DNA of 61,380 nt, counting the filler. It is 4 parts of 4 records of this genome, joined end to end, with 100 filler letters (N's around TTAATTAATTAA, not from the genome) between each part and the next. Parts side by side here need not be neighbours in the genome. Positions count along the whole stretch, not along the records: positions 38,559 to 47,423 come from SRR20825006_1226; positions 47,524 to 61,380 come from SRR20825006_1234; 2 more parts are not named here. The stretch is one strand, 5' to 3'. Of the stretch, positions 39,742 to 50,608 are shown piece by piece. The notes under the pieces were generated by a model. It searched no databases and was not told where the DNA came from. It worked only from the letters and a program-made list of their open reading frames with translations. The position numbers and the translations under genes were made by a program. Numbering within the stretch: position 1 is the stretch's first letter; every line of letters begins with the position of its first letter.

Positions 39742-40458
39742 ATGATAAAAAAACTCATCGTACTGGCAACTGCAGCGCTGTTATCGGGCTGCGTCACCGC
39801 AGCGACCCGGTTTGAGCAAGACGTACCAATCGGGCGTGTATTTTCAGATAAAATAACCATGCCGCAAGGTGACGTTCTTTTACCCCCCGGCGACTGGACA
39901 GTTGTTGGTCAATCGATCACCCGAAACAACCACTATCAAGCTTTTGGCCGTACCGCATTGGCCCGTATTGATGACGACCACAACCTCAACGGTCTTGTTT
40001 TCCTGATGACCGCGCTTGAGACACCACTTGGCTTCTCTTTTTATTCGACAGATCACTGTAATCCTGACGAAAAAGATATCTACTTTGAGAAGGTTGCTAA
40101 TCGGGACCTTGGCCGACAGATATGCTTCTATATTGACAACTGGAGCACATGGCCAGCAGCAGAAACAGACGGCGTGTTTCGACAGGCCGACGTCTATCTA
40201 ACTTCCCAAGCAATAGATCGCCCCGACAGCATGCTGTTTTCCGTTCATCGCATTGTGCGACGGAACAAATTCCTGATCGCTGAATACGGCTTTGACTATC
40301 GTGAACCGGTAGATGTCGCGTTCCCCGGCTACACACCTGCCGATACATCCGTGACAAAGGATTTATACAGCAATCCGCGTTGGCAGAAAAACTTGGACAA
40401 TGTGATTGCCTGGTCCCGCGAGAAACAGGACCTGATTGCAAGCGAGTTTTTGGACTAA
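39742..40458 (+). CDS. Hypothetical lipoprotein
   Basis: Lipobox LLSGC after a short signal peptide. Confidence 0.7.
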   Translation: MIKKLIVLATAALLSGCVTAATRFEQDVPIGRVFSDKITMPQGDVLLPPGDWTVVGQSITRNNHYQAFGRTALARIDDDHNLNGLVFLMTALETPLGFSFYSTDHCNPDEKDIYFEKVANRDLGRQICFYIDNWSTWPAAETDGVFRQADVYLTSQAIDRPDSMLFSVHRIVRRNKFLIAEYGFDYREPVDVAFPGYTPADTSVTKDLYSNPRWQKNLDNVIAWSREKQDLIASEFLD

Positions 40459-40480
40459 ACAACACAAACCCGCCTCAAAC

Positions 40481-40509
40481 AAAGACCCCGGAAAATTCCG
40501 GGGTCTTTT
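40481..40509 (+). terminator. Rho-independent terminator
   Basis: AAAGACCCCGGAA-AA-TTCCGGGGTCTTTT perfect hairpin. Confidence 0.85.
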
Positions 40510-40663
40510 GCGTTTCATATTAAAGTCACACCGCGCAATGCCCTTGCATCATCCCCACATGATATAGGGCTGGTAATGATGCAATCGGCCACTATAATCC
40601 CATCGCTAATCGATAAATTTAACGATCCGGGCAACGGATCAGATACGGATTGGGAGACGAGAA

Positions 40664-41506
40664 ATGAATGCAATGTCCTTTTCCGAGATGGGACTTGCGG
40701 CGTTAAAAAGGCGGCAATTTGATGCCGCCATCAATATGCTGCGTCAGGCACTTAGCGAAAATATGGATAATCTTAAAGCCCGGTTCGGGTTGGCGCGTGC
40801 CCTTCACGAAAAAGGTTCGATTGTCGAAGCACTTGGTGAATACCGCACGGTGCTGCAATCTGATGCGGGCCATGAAGATTGCCTGTATCACATTGCACGC
40901 GCCCTGCTGGAAAATGGCGATCCGCGCGGTGCGCTGAACCATGTCGATATCATTTTGCGCGCCAAGCCAACCAATCCTGATTTTTTGACCCTGCGCGGTC
41001 AGGCATTGCTTGATCTTGGTCACAGCAAAACAGCCCTGTCATCGCTTCAAACCGCAGCACATCATAGCCCCGGCTCACAAACCATTCATCGGCTGATGGC
41101 CGCCTGTCACCGGGCGAATGGCGATATCGACGGCGAACGCCGCGCGGTTGAGCAGCTCCTGCGGATTGACCCGACATCTTTGACCGCCTCAAACGATCTG
41201 GGCGTGATCAATTTGCGCGATGGACAATTCATCGCAGCCTTTGAGGCGTTTGAACAAATTCTGGTACAGACCCCTGATCATAGCGAAGCCACCCTGAACC
41301 GGGCCATTACCCTGACCGTCATGGGCGGCATGGATCATCAGGCGATCTGGGAACGGGTTATGGACGTTTGCCGTGACATTGACGGGCTTGATGACATCCG
41401 CGCCCTCGCAGATACCGTTACCAAACTGACCGATGACAAACGCCAAGACAGCAAGGACGCAGTGGCGCTCATCGCCCATGCAGCCCTTGCAACCACCGAA
41501 ATCTAG
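40664..41506 (+). CDS. Tetratricopeptide-repeat protein
   Basis: Repeated ~34-aa helical units (ARFGLARAL, LRGQALLDLG, SNDLGVI). Confidence 0.85.
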   Translation: MNAMSFSEMGLAALKRRQFDAAINMLRQALSENMDNLKARFGLARALHEKGSIVEALGEYRTVLQSDAGHEDCLYHIARALLENGDPRGALNHVDIILRAKPTNPDFLTLRGQALLDLGHSKTALSSLQTAAHHSPGSQTIHRLMAACHRANGDIDGERRAVEQLLRIDPTSLTASNDLGVINLRDGQFIAAFEAFEQILVQTPDHSEATLNRAITLTVMGGMDHQAIWERVMDVCRDIDGLDDIRALADTVTKLTDDKRQDSKDAVALIAHAALATTEI

Positions 41507-41512
41507 AACCCG

Positions 41513-41542
41513 AAATACCCGCGCCCTTGCGCGGGTATTTTT
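41513..41542. terminator. Bidirectional rho-independent terminator
   Basis: AAATACCCGCGC-CCTT-GCGCGGGTATTTTT between convergent genes. Confidence 0.85.
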
Positions 41543-41560
41543 GATCCGGCCGGTTGGCAA

Positions 41561-42820
41561 TTAGCTTACGGATGCCTCGACAATCGGCGCTTCGGAGCTG
41601 CGCGTTTTCACCCAGCCCAGAATGCCAATCACACAGATCACTGCGGCAACACCCCCGACAATAAACGGTGAATTGCTGTTCAGGCCGGCCAGAACACCCC
41701 CGACCAAAACGGCGGCGGCCTCGGCTAGAACATGGACGGATCGGTAAATCCCCAATGCCTGGCCCTGTTCATGCGCGCCCGCCCCGTTTGAAATGAACAG
41801 ACTGGTGGTTACTTCGCACCATGCAATCCCGAAGGCCGCCAAACTCATCGGCACAAAAATCCACACCAGATCATCGGGCAGGATAAAGGTCACAAGACCA
41901 ACCGCCAGCAGCATGTGACCAAAGGCCGCGACACCACGAAGCCCCATCGGCCGCTGTGCCCGTTCAACCGTCAATCCCGCCAAGATCAGCGGGATCGAGA
42001 TGATGGCGGCACACATACCAAGGAAACTGCTTGTCACGTCATGGTTCTGCACCATGTAGACGCCATAGAAACAGAAGAACAAATAGATCGCGACATAACT
42101 TGCAAACGACACCACATAGCCCGGCAGCAAAACCGGATCGGTCAAGGTGGCCCAGACAGACCGGGTGGCAACTGGTGCGCCCTTATCGTTGCGACCACGG
42201 CGGCGGGCATATTCAGGAATGTTCAAAACCACTGCAACAACCAAAAGATTGAAGCCATACATGCCTGCTGCAAAAAAGAACGGCCAAGATACGTTGAAAG
42301 ACGGATGAATAGACGGGTCCGAGAAAAATCCCCCCATCAGCGGACCGACGATCCAGCCAACATTGATCGCGACCGTGATCAGGCCGAAATTGCGCACCTT
42401 GTTTGCCGGTGTGCTGATGTCTGATGCGATGGATTGGGCGATTGCCATATTGCCTTCGCAGAGGCCCGACACAAACCGCCCGATCAACACCATCGATAAA
42501 TTGGCATTCGCAACCCCGATGGCGACAACGATATAGCCAATTGCAGCCCCCAAAAGCGATGCCACCAGAACCGGCTTGCGCCCGACCTTGTCGGATAAAC
42601 GCCCCAACCAGGGTGCACCAACAAATTGCCCAATGGGATAAAGCGCCATCGCCACCCCAAGCAGGATGGTGCGATATTGTTCGGGAACCGACGGATCAAG
42701 AAACCCCAGTTCAGGTTTTAAAAACATCGGGCCAAAGACCGGATAGGGCAAACTGAAACCGGCAAAGCCAAACAGGACAGTCAAAAAGACTGCCGACATT
42801 GCCTTGTTTTCCTGCGACAT
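41561..42820 (-). CDS. MFS efflux transporter (DHA1/TetA-like)
   Basis: Motif A GRLSDKVGRKPVL, GRFVSGL and motif C GWIVGPLMGG; about 12 TMs. Confidence 0.9.
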   Translation of the reverse strand: MSQENKAMSAVFLTVLFGFAGFSLPYPVFGPMFLKPELGFLDPSVPEQYRTILLGVAMALYPIGQFVGAPWLGRLSDKVGRKPVLVASLLGAAIGYIVVAIGVANANLSMVLIGRFVSGLCEGNMAIAQSIASDISTPANKVRNFGLITVAINVGWIVGPLMGGFFSDPSIHPSFNVSWPFFFAAGMYGFNLLVVAVVLNIPEYARRRGRNDKGAPVATRSVWATLTDPVLLPGYVVSFASYVAIYLFFCFYGVYMVQNHDVTSSFLGMCAAIISIPLILAGLTVERAQRPMGLRGVAAFGHMLLAVGLVTFILPDDLVWIFVPMSLAAFGIAWCEVTTSLFISNGAGAHEQGQALGIYRSVHVLAEAAAVLVGGVLAGLNSNSPFIVGGVAAVICVIGILGWVKTRSSEAPIVEASVS

Positions 42821-42906
42821 AAGGGGCGAACTCCGTGGGGCGTTAGAAGGCTTGTGTGATTGTGTTTAAAAGGACCGGGTGGCGTGTGGCATTCGGCAAA
42901 ATGCCG

Positions 42907-43608
42907 TTACAAGGCGACGTAACGATCCGCAAGGGTCCGGACTTTTTGCCGGGCATCTTCAACCTGCCACCCCGCCCCGATCATAAGATCAGCCAGCCCG
43001 TCACACAGGATATTGACCGCGTTTTTGCGCAATTCCTGTCCGTAGTGGCGATCGGTAATTTCCGAAAGAACAAGCACATTGATCCCGTAACCAAGCCCCC
43101 AACTGCCAAGATTAAGGTTGCGGCTGCGGCTGGTCATATCCGATGCAATGCCAAGTTGGGCCTCACCTTCGCTGAGGAAGGCCTGAAACATCGATGTGAT
43201 GGCATTGATCTGATCAAGCTGCGCCTGATGGCGCGCAGAGGTCGCGCGTTTCCAGATCGATGGGGCAAGCGCAAGATATTCCGCCTCAAACCATTGCGGG
43301 TGATCAATGGAAAAGCGCAGATCAAGCAGATTGGCGATGATGTATTTTTCAATCGCACTGCCATCATGATTGCGCGCAATATCAAACTTCTCGGCACGTT
43401 TGGAGCCTGCCATCACCGCCAAACCGATCAAAAGATCTTCCTTGCTGGCGAAATGGCCATAAAGCGTACCAACCGAAATGCCGCATATGCGGGCAAGGTC
43501 CGACATTTTAAGTTCAAAGAAACCAACTTCTGCAATCAGTTCCCCTGCCCCGTCAAGGATCAGTTCTTCACGCTTTTGGCGTTTTTCCATGCGGTTCTGC
43601 CCAACCAT
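42907..43608 (-). CDS. TetR-family regulator
   Basis: ILDGAGELI...MSDLARICGISVGTLYGHFASKEDLL HTH; upstream of the MFS gene. Confidence 0.92.
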   Translation of the reverse strand: MVGQNRMEKRQKREELILDGAGELIAEVGFFELKMSDLARICGISVGTLYGHFASKEDLLIGLAVMAGSKRAEKFDIARNHDGSAIEKYIIANLLDLRFSIDHPQWFEAEYLALAPSIWKRATSARHQAQLDQINAITSMFQAFLSEGEAQLGIASDMTSRSRNLNLGSWGLGYGINVLVLSEITDRHYGQELRKNAVNILCDGLADLMIGAGWQVEDARQKVRTLADRYVAL

Positions 43609-43897
43609 GGCAACCCGGCCTTTTCATCGACTTTATAGTTTGTGACGTAAAATCGAATTTGGTTCATTTTTTGAACCGGGACAATTCGTAATTTTGCATG
43701 GGTGTCATTCGATGGCGCGAAAAGCAGCAATAAGCAGCAAAACCGCGACGCATTTCCCATTCGACCGGAACAGCTACCGTTATGATGCGTTTCCAGCATA
43801 AGATCGTAGGGTCAGGACCTTAATCCCGGCCCAAAGCAGCTGCTCCATGGATCGGACGGCGTTGCACCCCCGTTATCCTTTTTGAGTGGTTGCCAAC

Positions 43898-45232
43898 ATG
43901 TTTCAACGCTTCATCCGCATATGGGAATTTCTGGCTTATAGCCTATGGGTATCGCCATTTCTTTTTGCCCTTGGCGGTGCCGCCTTTGCCGTTCTGGTGA
44001 TGGCCCTTCCGTCATATGGTCTGGGGGATATCCTGCCATCGTTCTGGCCGGGATTTGATCAGTTGCCAACGATCCGGGATTTGCTGCAAACGCTTTTGGC
44101 AACCCTTGTCACGATGACGACATTTGCCTTGTCGATCACGATGGTTGTCCTGACCTTGGCCGCCGGATCGCTTGGCCCGCGCATGATCCGAAACTTCATG
44201 GGGGACAGCAAAACCCAAAATGCCCTTGGCACCTTTGTCGGCAGCATTCTTTTTCTGATCACGTCCCTTCTTCTGATGGGCGACATGCCTGAAACCGCGC
44301 CGATCCCGCAGCTTAGCGCGACAATTGGCATCGCGCTTTTTGTGATTTCTGTTTTCGTTCTGATTTTGTTTGTTCACCATCTTGGACGGTCAATCGTCGC
44401 CGATGAAGTGATCCAGCAGGTCGGCCATAACCTTGAAACCACCATCCAATCGGCCTGCAGCACGTTACAGGACCCGATCCAAAGGGCCGAAAAGGCGCAA
44501 GTGGACCTTCCCGATACGATGGAGATTTCAGATGACGTCGCCCTTTATGCCGCGTCTTCGGGATATGTTCAGGGCATTGATTACAAAAAGCTGTGCGAGA
44601 TCGCGACGGAACGCGGTATCTGCGTTTCATTGATGGTCCGTGCCGGGCAACACGCGATCAAGGGTGACGTTATTGGCTGCGTTTCACCTGCGCCCAACAA
44701 AACCCTCAGCACAGATATCTCGGCGTGTCGCACCGAAATCGACGAAACGATCCTGACCGGCAATCACCGTACTGCCATGCTGGATGTCGAATTTGCGGTG
44801 CGCCAATTGGTCGAGGTTGCCTTACGTGCCCTGTCGCCAGGCATCAATGATCCGTTTACCGCGATTTCGGTGATTTACCGGTTAGGCCGCGCATTGCCAC
44901 ATGCCATGACGTTTAAATACCCGGTGGGGACATGGAATGATGATGACGGCATCCTCCGCGTTCAGGCATCCCTTTCGGATTTCGCCGGGATGCTTGGGGC
45001 GGCCTTTGATCAAATCCGCCAATCGGCAAGTGCCAAGCCCGATGTCTTGTTGCCAATGGCCGAGATCATCGAAAGCCTGATTAAACTGTCAAAAACAGAC
45101 CACCAATCGACAGTCCTGCGCGATCACGCCCGCCTGATCCTACGGGCGGCAGAACGTGACATTCGCGAAGAAAATGATCGCAAAGCCGTTGAAACGGCCA
45201 TCAACCGTATCTTGCGCAATCAGGAAAAGTAG
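43898..45232 (+). CDS. DUF2254-family membrane protein
   Basis: SITMVVLTLAAGSLGPR, SGYVQGID and QLVEVALRALSPGINDPFTA. Confidence 0.88.
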   Translation: MFQRFIRIWEFLAYSLWVSPFLFALGGAAFAVLVMALPSYGLGDILPSFWPGFDQLPTIRDLLQTLLATLVTMTTFALSITMVVLTLAAGSLGPRMIRNFMGDSKTQNALGTFVGSILFLITSLLLMGDMPETAPIPQLSATIGIALFVISVFVLILFVHHLGRSIVADEVIQQVGHNLETTIQSACSTLQDPIQRAEKAQVDLPDTMEISDDVALYAASSGYVQGIDYKKLCEIATERGICVSLMVRAGQHAIKGDVIGCVSPAPNKTLSTDISACRTEIDETILTGNHRTAMLDVEFAVRQLVEVALRALSPGINDPFTAISVIYRLGRALPHAMTFKYPVGTWNDDDGILRVQASLSDFAGMLGAAFDQIRQSASAKPDVLLPMAEIIESLIKLSKTDHQSTVLRDHARLILRAAERDIREENDRKAVETAINRILRNQEK

Positions 45233-45307
45233 CCCCTAAACAAGTATCGAATGCGGGTAATAAAACGGGTTTTCGCGAACAAACCCTGCCTGCCGCTGGC
45301 CTGATGG

Positions 45308-45748
45308 CTATTTTGCCGTAAGCGGCGGCATGCGCCGTTCAACCGGTTTGGATTTAACAATTGCGGTGTTGGTTTCGGCCTTATCGACAATCTGATCCAA
45401 CAATCCGTCGAGCTCCCCCATTGAGCGCACATAAAGCCGCGCGACAAAGCAATCATCGCCCGTCACCTTGTCACACTCGCCAAACTCCGGAATTTCCGAA
45501 ATCAGCTGCTGCACGATATGAAGCTTCCCCGGAAGCGGGCGAATGCGCACGATGGCCTGTAACGGATAGCCCAATGCTTCGGGGTCGACATCAATGGTAA
45601 AGCCCCGAATGATCCCGCGTTCTTCCAACCGACGCACCCGCTCGGCCGCACCGGGGGCTGAAAGCCCGACCTTGGCTGCCAGTTCCTTTTGCGAAATACG
45701 GGCATCGCGCATCAGAATTTTTAGAATCTTCTGATCGATTTCATCCAT
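45308..45748 (-). CDS. Lrp/AsnC-family regulator
   Basis: MDEIDQKIL..DARISQKELAAKVGLS..RVRRLEERGII; divergent from the EamA gene. Confidence 0.93.
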   Translation of the reverse strand: MDEIDQKILKILMRDARISQKELAAKVGLSAPGAAERVRRLEERGIIRGFTIDVDPEALGYPLQAIVRIRPLPGKLHIVQQLISEIPEFGECDKVTGDDCFVARLYVRSMGELDGLLDQIVDKAETNTAIVKSKPVERRMPPLTAK

Positions 45749-45891
45749 GACCTTACAAATCCAAGAATTTTGTCATTTTTACCTATATTAAAAATGCTAC
45801 ATCCAACAATCACCTTGTTCAAGTCATATAAAACCGTCGCGAAAAAGCGGAAAGTTATGCCATCAAACGCAATTCAAGACGGAGCTTTCCG

Positions 45892-46788
45892 ATGAAAGAA
45901 CAAGTACGCGGTACGGTCGAAATGACCGCTGCAATGACGATTTTGGGAACAATCGGCTGGTTTGTCGTGATGTCAGACCGCCCGGCTTTGGATGTTGTGT
46001 TCTGGCGCTGCGTCTTTGGCGCGGCCACTCTTTTGCTGATTTGTGCCGGGATGGGGCTTTTGCGTGGGCTTTTAAACATCCGCATGCTGGGTTGGGCGGC
46101 CCTTGGCGGGGTGGCAATTGTGACGAACTGGTTCATGCTGTTTCAGTCTTATTCGATGGCGTCGATCTCGGTTTCAACGGCGGTCTATAATACCCAGCCC
46201 TTTATGCTGGTGCTGTTTGGCGCGATATTTTTTGGCGAAAAACTGACGCTGAATAAATTCGCATGGCTTGGCATTGCCTTTGGCGGGTTGCTTTTGATCA
46301 TTGCCGGCAAACCAACCGGCGGCTTTACCGGGTCTGATTATGCTGGCGGGATTTTAATGGCATTGGGGGCTGCGTTCTTCTGGGCGACCGCCGCCATTAT
46401 CACCAAAAAACTGAAAGGCACCCCACCGCATCTGATCGCGCTTATTCAGGTCTGTGTCGGTATCTTGATGCTGATCCCGTTTGCCGATCTGCATAACCTG
46501 CCAGACAGCGCACAAAGCTGGGGATCACTCGTCACGGTTGGCGTTGTTCATACCGGGATCATGTATGTGTTGATGTATGGCGCGGTTCAAAAACTCCCCA
46601 CCCATTTACAAGGGTCGCTGAGTTTCATTTATCCGGTTGTTGCCATCATTGTCGACCTGATCGCCTTTGGCTATCGCCCGGATATCGGTCAAATCATCGG
46701 TGCGGTTGCAATCCTGATCGCGGCCGCCGGGATGAACTTGGGATGGCAGTTGATCCGCCCGCGCGTGCCGAAACATCTGGCAAGCTAG
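45892..46788 (+). CDS. DMT/EamA-family transporter
   Basis: GTIGWFV, VFWRCVFG, YNTQPF and SFIYPVVA; about ten TMs. Confidence 0.9.
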   Translation: MKEQVRGTVEMTAAMTILGTIGWFVVMSDRPALDVVFWRCVFGAATLLLICAGMGLLRGLLNIRMLGWAALGGVAIVTNWFMLFQSYSMASISVSTAVYNTQPFMLVLFGAIFFGEKLTLNKFAWLGIAFGGLLLIIAGKPTGGFTGSDYAGGILMALGAAFFWATAAIITKKLKGTPPHLIALIQVCVGILMLIPFADLHNLPDSAQSWGSLVTVGVVHTGIMYVLMYGAVQKLPTHLQGSLSFIYPVVAIIVDLIAFGYRPDIGQIIGAVAILIAAAGMNLGWQLIRPRVPKHLAS

Positions 46789-46814
46789 GACTTAAACCCA
46801 ATCATCAGACAAAA

Positions 46815-46843
46815 TAAAAGGGCCCCGACAAAGGGCCCTTTTA
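46815..46843. terminator. Bidirectional rho-independent terminator
   Basis: TAAAAGGGCCC-CGACAAA-GGGCCCTTTTA. Confidence 0.8.
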
Positions 46844-46863
46844 ATCTTCATACTATTGAATAC

Positions 46864-47423
46864 TTAGCCCGCGACATGTGCTTCAATCGCGGCCAATGCG
46901 GCATCGGCCTGTGATGGGTCCGACCCACCACCCTGTGCCATATCCGGGCGGCCACCGCCGCCTTTGCCACCAAGCTTTTCAACACCGATCCGAACAAGAT
47001 CAACTGCGCTGAATTTGTCTTTCAGATCATCGGTCAGGCCGACAACAATGGATGCCTTGCCATTGTCGCCAGAAACCAGTGCGACAATACCTGAACCCAT
47101 CTGATCGCGCAGTTCATCGACCATACCTTTAAGGTCCTTGGCCGGAATGCCTTCAAGCGCACGAAGTGCCAGTTTGACACCGTTGACTTCCTTGAAGGCA
47201 TCAGCACCCGATGCACCGCCCGAACCAGCCGTCGCCAGTTTCTTGCGCAGGTCAGACACTTCACGTTCCAGACGACGGCGTTCTTCCTGAAGCGCTTTAA
47301 CACGCGCCGGAACGTCTTCCGGGGCGGCTTTAAGTTCGGACGCCACTGTGCTTAGAACATTTTCGCGGGCTGCCATGTAATTCGCAGCATCGTCCCCGGT
47401 CAGGGCTTCGATCCGGCGCACAC
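46864..47423 (-). CDS. alaS: Alanyl-tRNA synthetase C-terminal part (5' end missing)
   Basis: VRRIEALTG and the C-Ala/DHHA1 domain (LGGKGGGGRPDMAQGGG). Confidence 0.92.
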
Positions 47424-47523
47424 NNNNNNNNNNNNNNNNNNNNNNNNNNNNNNNNNNNNNNNNNNNNTTAATTAATTAANNNNNNNNNNNNNNNNNNNNN
47501 NNNNNNNNNNNNNNNNNNNNNNN
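47424..47523. other. Artificial contig linker
   Basis: Same spacer; strong shift to AT-rich sequence after it. Confidence 0.98.
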
Positions 47524-48722
47524 ACTTGTGCTAACCCTGTAATGCCAGGTTTTACAAAGTGGCGTACCATAAACTTATCTATACGCTCTGCATACATTTC
47601 TGTATGACTAACCATATGAGGTCTAGGACCTACTACAGACATGTCTCCAAACAATACATTTATAAACTGCGGAAGCTCATCTATACTTGTTTTCCTTATA
47701 AATTTTCCAACTTTTGTAATTCGTGTATCACCACGAGTAACTTGATGTATATGTGCTGTAGGATTAGGTTTCATAGACCTAAATTTATAGCAACTAAATT
47801 CTTTATAGTCTAAACCGTTTCGTTTTTGTTTAAAGAATACAGGTCCTTTAGATTCTAATTGTATTAAGATGGCAAGAATAGGTGTGAGCCAAGTAAGAAT
47901 AAAGACAAGTACAAATATGGATAATGCAATATCAAAAACACGTTTTATTATTTGATTTATAGGATCATCTATAGGAATACTTCGTAATGATAAAATGGGT
48001 AAGTACCCATAATAGTCATAATTCATTTTTTTAGTATAAATCTCCTTGTTGTCTGGCAAGAATTTGAGGACCTTAAGATTGTTGTCTGCAAAATCTATAA
48101 GGCTTTTCATCTGCTCATCGTTTAGCTCAGATATAGAACAGTAAATTTCATCTATGGAGTTAGTTAAAATAAACTCATAACAGTCTTGTAATGCTAGCTC
48201 GTTGGTATCATTTACCTCGAACATATGCTTTAAATGGTAGCCGTATTCTGGGTTGCTGGTAAAAAACTCTTTAAGCTTAAGGGTTTTTTCATTTACACCT
48301 ACAATTACGGTTTGCCTATAATTTCCTCCAAGAATTACTCTATATTTCTTAAGAAAGTAAAAAATGGTGAACTTAATTAGGGTTATAAGCCCAATGACTT
48401 CTGCTATATAGATTACAATTTCTGTAGCGCTCCTATTAAGTTCATTATAAAACCCAAAGAAGGAAAAAACAATAAGGGTAAAGAAAAAGGCTTGCTGTAA
48501 AACTAAAGCTGCAATTTTAGTGGCTCTAGTAAACCTATAAACATCATAAAACCTAAGTTTTAAAGATAAAATTAACCAGCCAATAGTTACAAAAATTATG
48601 TAGTTGAGGTACTCTAAAGGCATCAATATAAATTGAGAAGCCAAGAAATTTACAATACACAAGTCGACCAAATAATTAAATGGTCTTATATATCCTGAAT
48701 ATCGTCCTCTTCTGTAAATCAT
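47524..48722 (-). CDS. Undecaprenyl-phosphate glucose phosphotransferase (WcaJ-like), 3'-truncated
   Basis: N-terminal TMs; IKRVFDI, KFRSM, IDELPQFINV, VGPRPHM and KPGITGLAQ. Confidence 0.9.
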
Positions 48723-49711
48723 TATTTTACAATATGCTTAGAGAAGTCTTTGTGTTCGCTTCTATAAAGCTCTTCTTCACTTAACCCTTTAAAATACGCA
48801 TAGGTTTTTTGCATACCACCTTCTCTAGACACTTTAGGAGACCAAGACAACTCTCGTTTAGCAACGGTAATATCTGGTTTTCTTTGTAAGGGATCGTCTG
48901 TTGGTAAAGGCTTAAATATGATTTTCTGGTCGCTGTTTGTTAGTTTAATAATTTCTTCAGCAAAATCTAAGATTGTAATTTCTTCTGGATTACCAATATT
49001 TACAGGATCTGTATAATCACTCATTAATAAACTATACAAGCCTTCAACTTGATCATCTATGTAACAAAATGAACGTGTTTGTAAACCATCGCCAAATACT
49101 GTGAGGTTTTCACCTCTTAACGCCTGTCCTATAAATGCAGGTATTACTCGACCATCATTAAGTCGCATTCTTGGGCCATAGGTGTTAAAAATCCTTGCAA
49201 TTCTTGTTTCTAAGCCATGAAACCTGTGATAGGCCATAGTTATAGATTCTTGAAAGCGTTTTGCTTCGTCATAAACGCCTCTTGGTCCAATAGTATTTAC
49301 GTTACCGTAATACGTTTCTGCCTGAGGATGAACTTTAGGGTCTCCATAAACCTCAGAAGTTGAAGCAATTAATATGCGAGCACCTTTTTCTTTAGCTAAG
49401 CCAAGTAAATTGTGGGTTCCTAAAGAGCCTACTTTTAATGTTTGAATAGGAATTTTAAGATAATCTATAGGGCTTGCAGGAGAAGCAAAGTGCATGATGT
49501 AATCTAAACTTCCTGCAACGTGTACAAATTTTGAAACATCGTGGTGGTAAAATTCAAAATTTTCTAAGGCAAATAGATGTTCTATGTTTTTTAAATCTCC
49601 AGTTATGAGATTATCCATACCAATAACGTGACAACCTTCGTTTATAAATTTATCGCAAAGATGTGATCCTACAAAACCGGCAGCACCAGTTATTAATACT
49701 CTTTTTGGCAT
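48722..49711 (-). CDS. UDP-glucuronate decarboxylase family SDR
   Basis: [36 protein letters not shown] and [10 protein letters not shown]. Confidence 0.92.
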   Translation of the reverse strand: MPKRVLITGAAGFVGSHLCDKFINEGCHVIGMDNLITGDLKNIEHLFALENFEFYHHDVSKFVHVAGSLDYIMHFASPASPIDYLKIPIQTLKVGSLGTHNLLGLAKEKGARILIASTSEVYGDPKVHPQAETYYGNVNTIGPRGVYDEAKRFQESITMAYHRFHGLETRIARIFNTYGPRMRLNDGRVIPAFIGQALRGENLTVFGDGLQTRSFCYIDDQVEGLYSLLMSDYTDPVNIGNPEEITILDFAEEIIKLTNSDQKIIFKPLPTDDPLQRKPDITVAKRELSWSPKVSREGGMQKTYAYFKGLSEEELYRSEHKDFSKHIVK

Positions 49712-49864
49712 AGAAACTTGTTTTACATTAAGGCATAGCATATTTGCAGTACTAAACCTGGTAGTTTTTAAATCGTAGCAAATGTAAAGTAATGTTTTTT
49801 TATAGGTAAGAGTTTAGCTGATGTTTGTATTACTAAAGTTAAGATATTCTGAGCTAAAAAAAAA

Positions 49865-50608
49865 TTAGTTGCCCTTTAAACGTTCTTTAAGTACAAGAAA
49901 AATAAACTTGCTATTACCAATTAAATACCTTTTCCACATACGTTTAGGTTCTTGTAAAAATCTGTAAAACCATTCGAAGCCTGTTTTTTGCATCCATATT
50001 GGAGCACGCTTAGTTTTTCCTGAAATAACATCAAAACTACCACCTACACCCATTATAAAATTTATTGACTTTAGCTGTTCTCTGTGCCTATACAAGAAGT
50101 TTTCTTTCTTTGGAGAAGTTATGGCAACAAATAGAAGCTGCGCATTACTATTTACAATATCTTCAACTATTTTAGATTCTTCAGCCTTTTTAAAGTATCC
50201 ATTTCTATAGCCAGCAATTAAAGATTTACCGTAGTCTTTTGTGTATTTAGATACTAAGGTAGCAACAACCTCTTCTTTTGCCCCTAAAAGATAAATCTTA
50301 TGATTGTTTTCGTGGGCATATTTTACTAGGTTTTGCATAAGATCTATACCTGCAACCCGTTCTTTTAAAGGTTTGCCCAAAACTTTTGACGCCCAAACGA
50401 CAGCTTGACCATCTGGACTAATTACATCACATTGGTTTACACTTGTCCTAAGCTCTTTGTTAGACTGCATAGCAACAATTTTACCGGCATTAACAGCAAC
50501 ATGGTGTAGTTGGATTTTTTGCTTAATTGCAGCATCAACCTTTTTTAGGGTTTCAGACATTGTGTAGCTGTCTACATTGGTATTTAAGATATGTATACGC
50601 TTACTCAT
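49865..50608 (-). CDS. WecB/TagA/CpsF-family glycosyltransferase
   Basis: PDGQAVVWA, ERVAGIDL, GVGGSFDV and RAPIWMQKTGFEWFYR...EPKRMWKRY. Confidence 0.93.
   Translation of the reverse strand: MSKRIHILNTNVDSYTMSETLKKVDAAIKQKIQLHHVAVNAGKIVAMQSNKELRTSVNQCDVISPDGQAVVWASKVLGKPLKERVAGIDLMQNLVKYAHENNHKIYLLGAKEEVVATLVSKYTKDYGKSLIAGYRNGYFKKAEESKIVEDIVNSNAQLLFVAITSPKKENFLYRHREQLKSINFIMGVGGSFDVISGKTKRAPIWMQKTGFEWFYRFLQEPKRMWKRYLIGNSKFIFLVLKERLKGN

Noticed and set aside
41561-43608. Acquired tetracycline-resistance cassette
   Set aside because: Generic TetR + DHA1 MFS pair, co-oriented, in a housekeeping context with no mobility genes; the substrate cannot be inferred.
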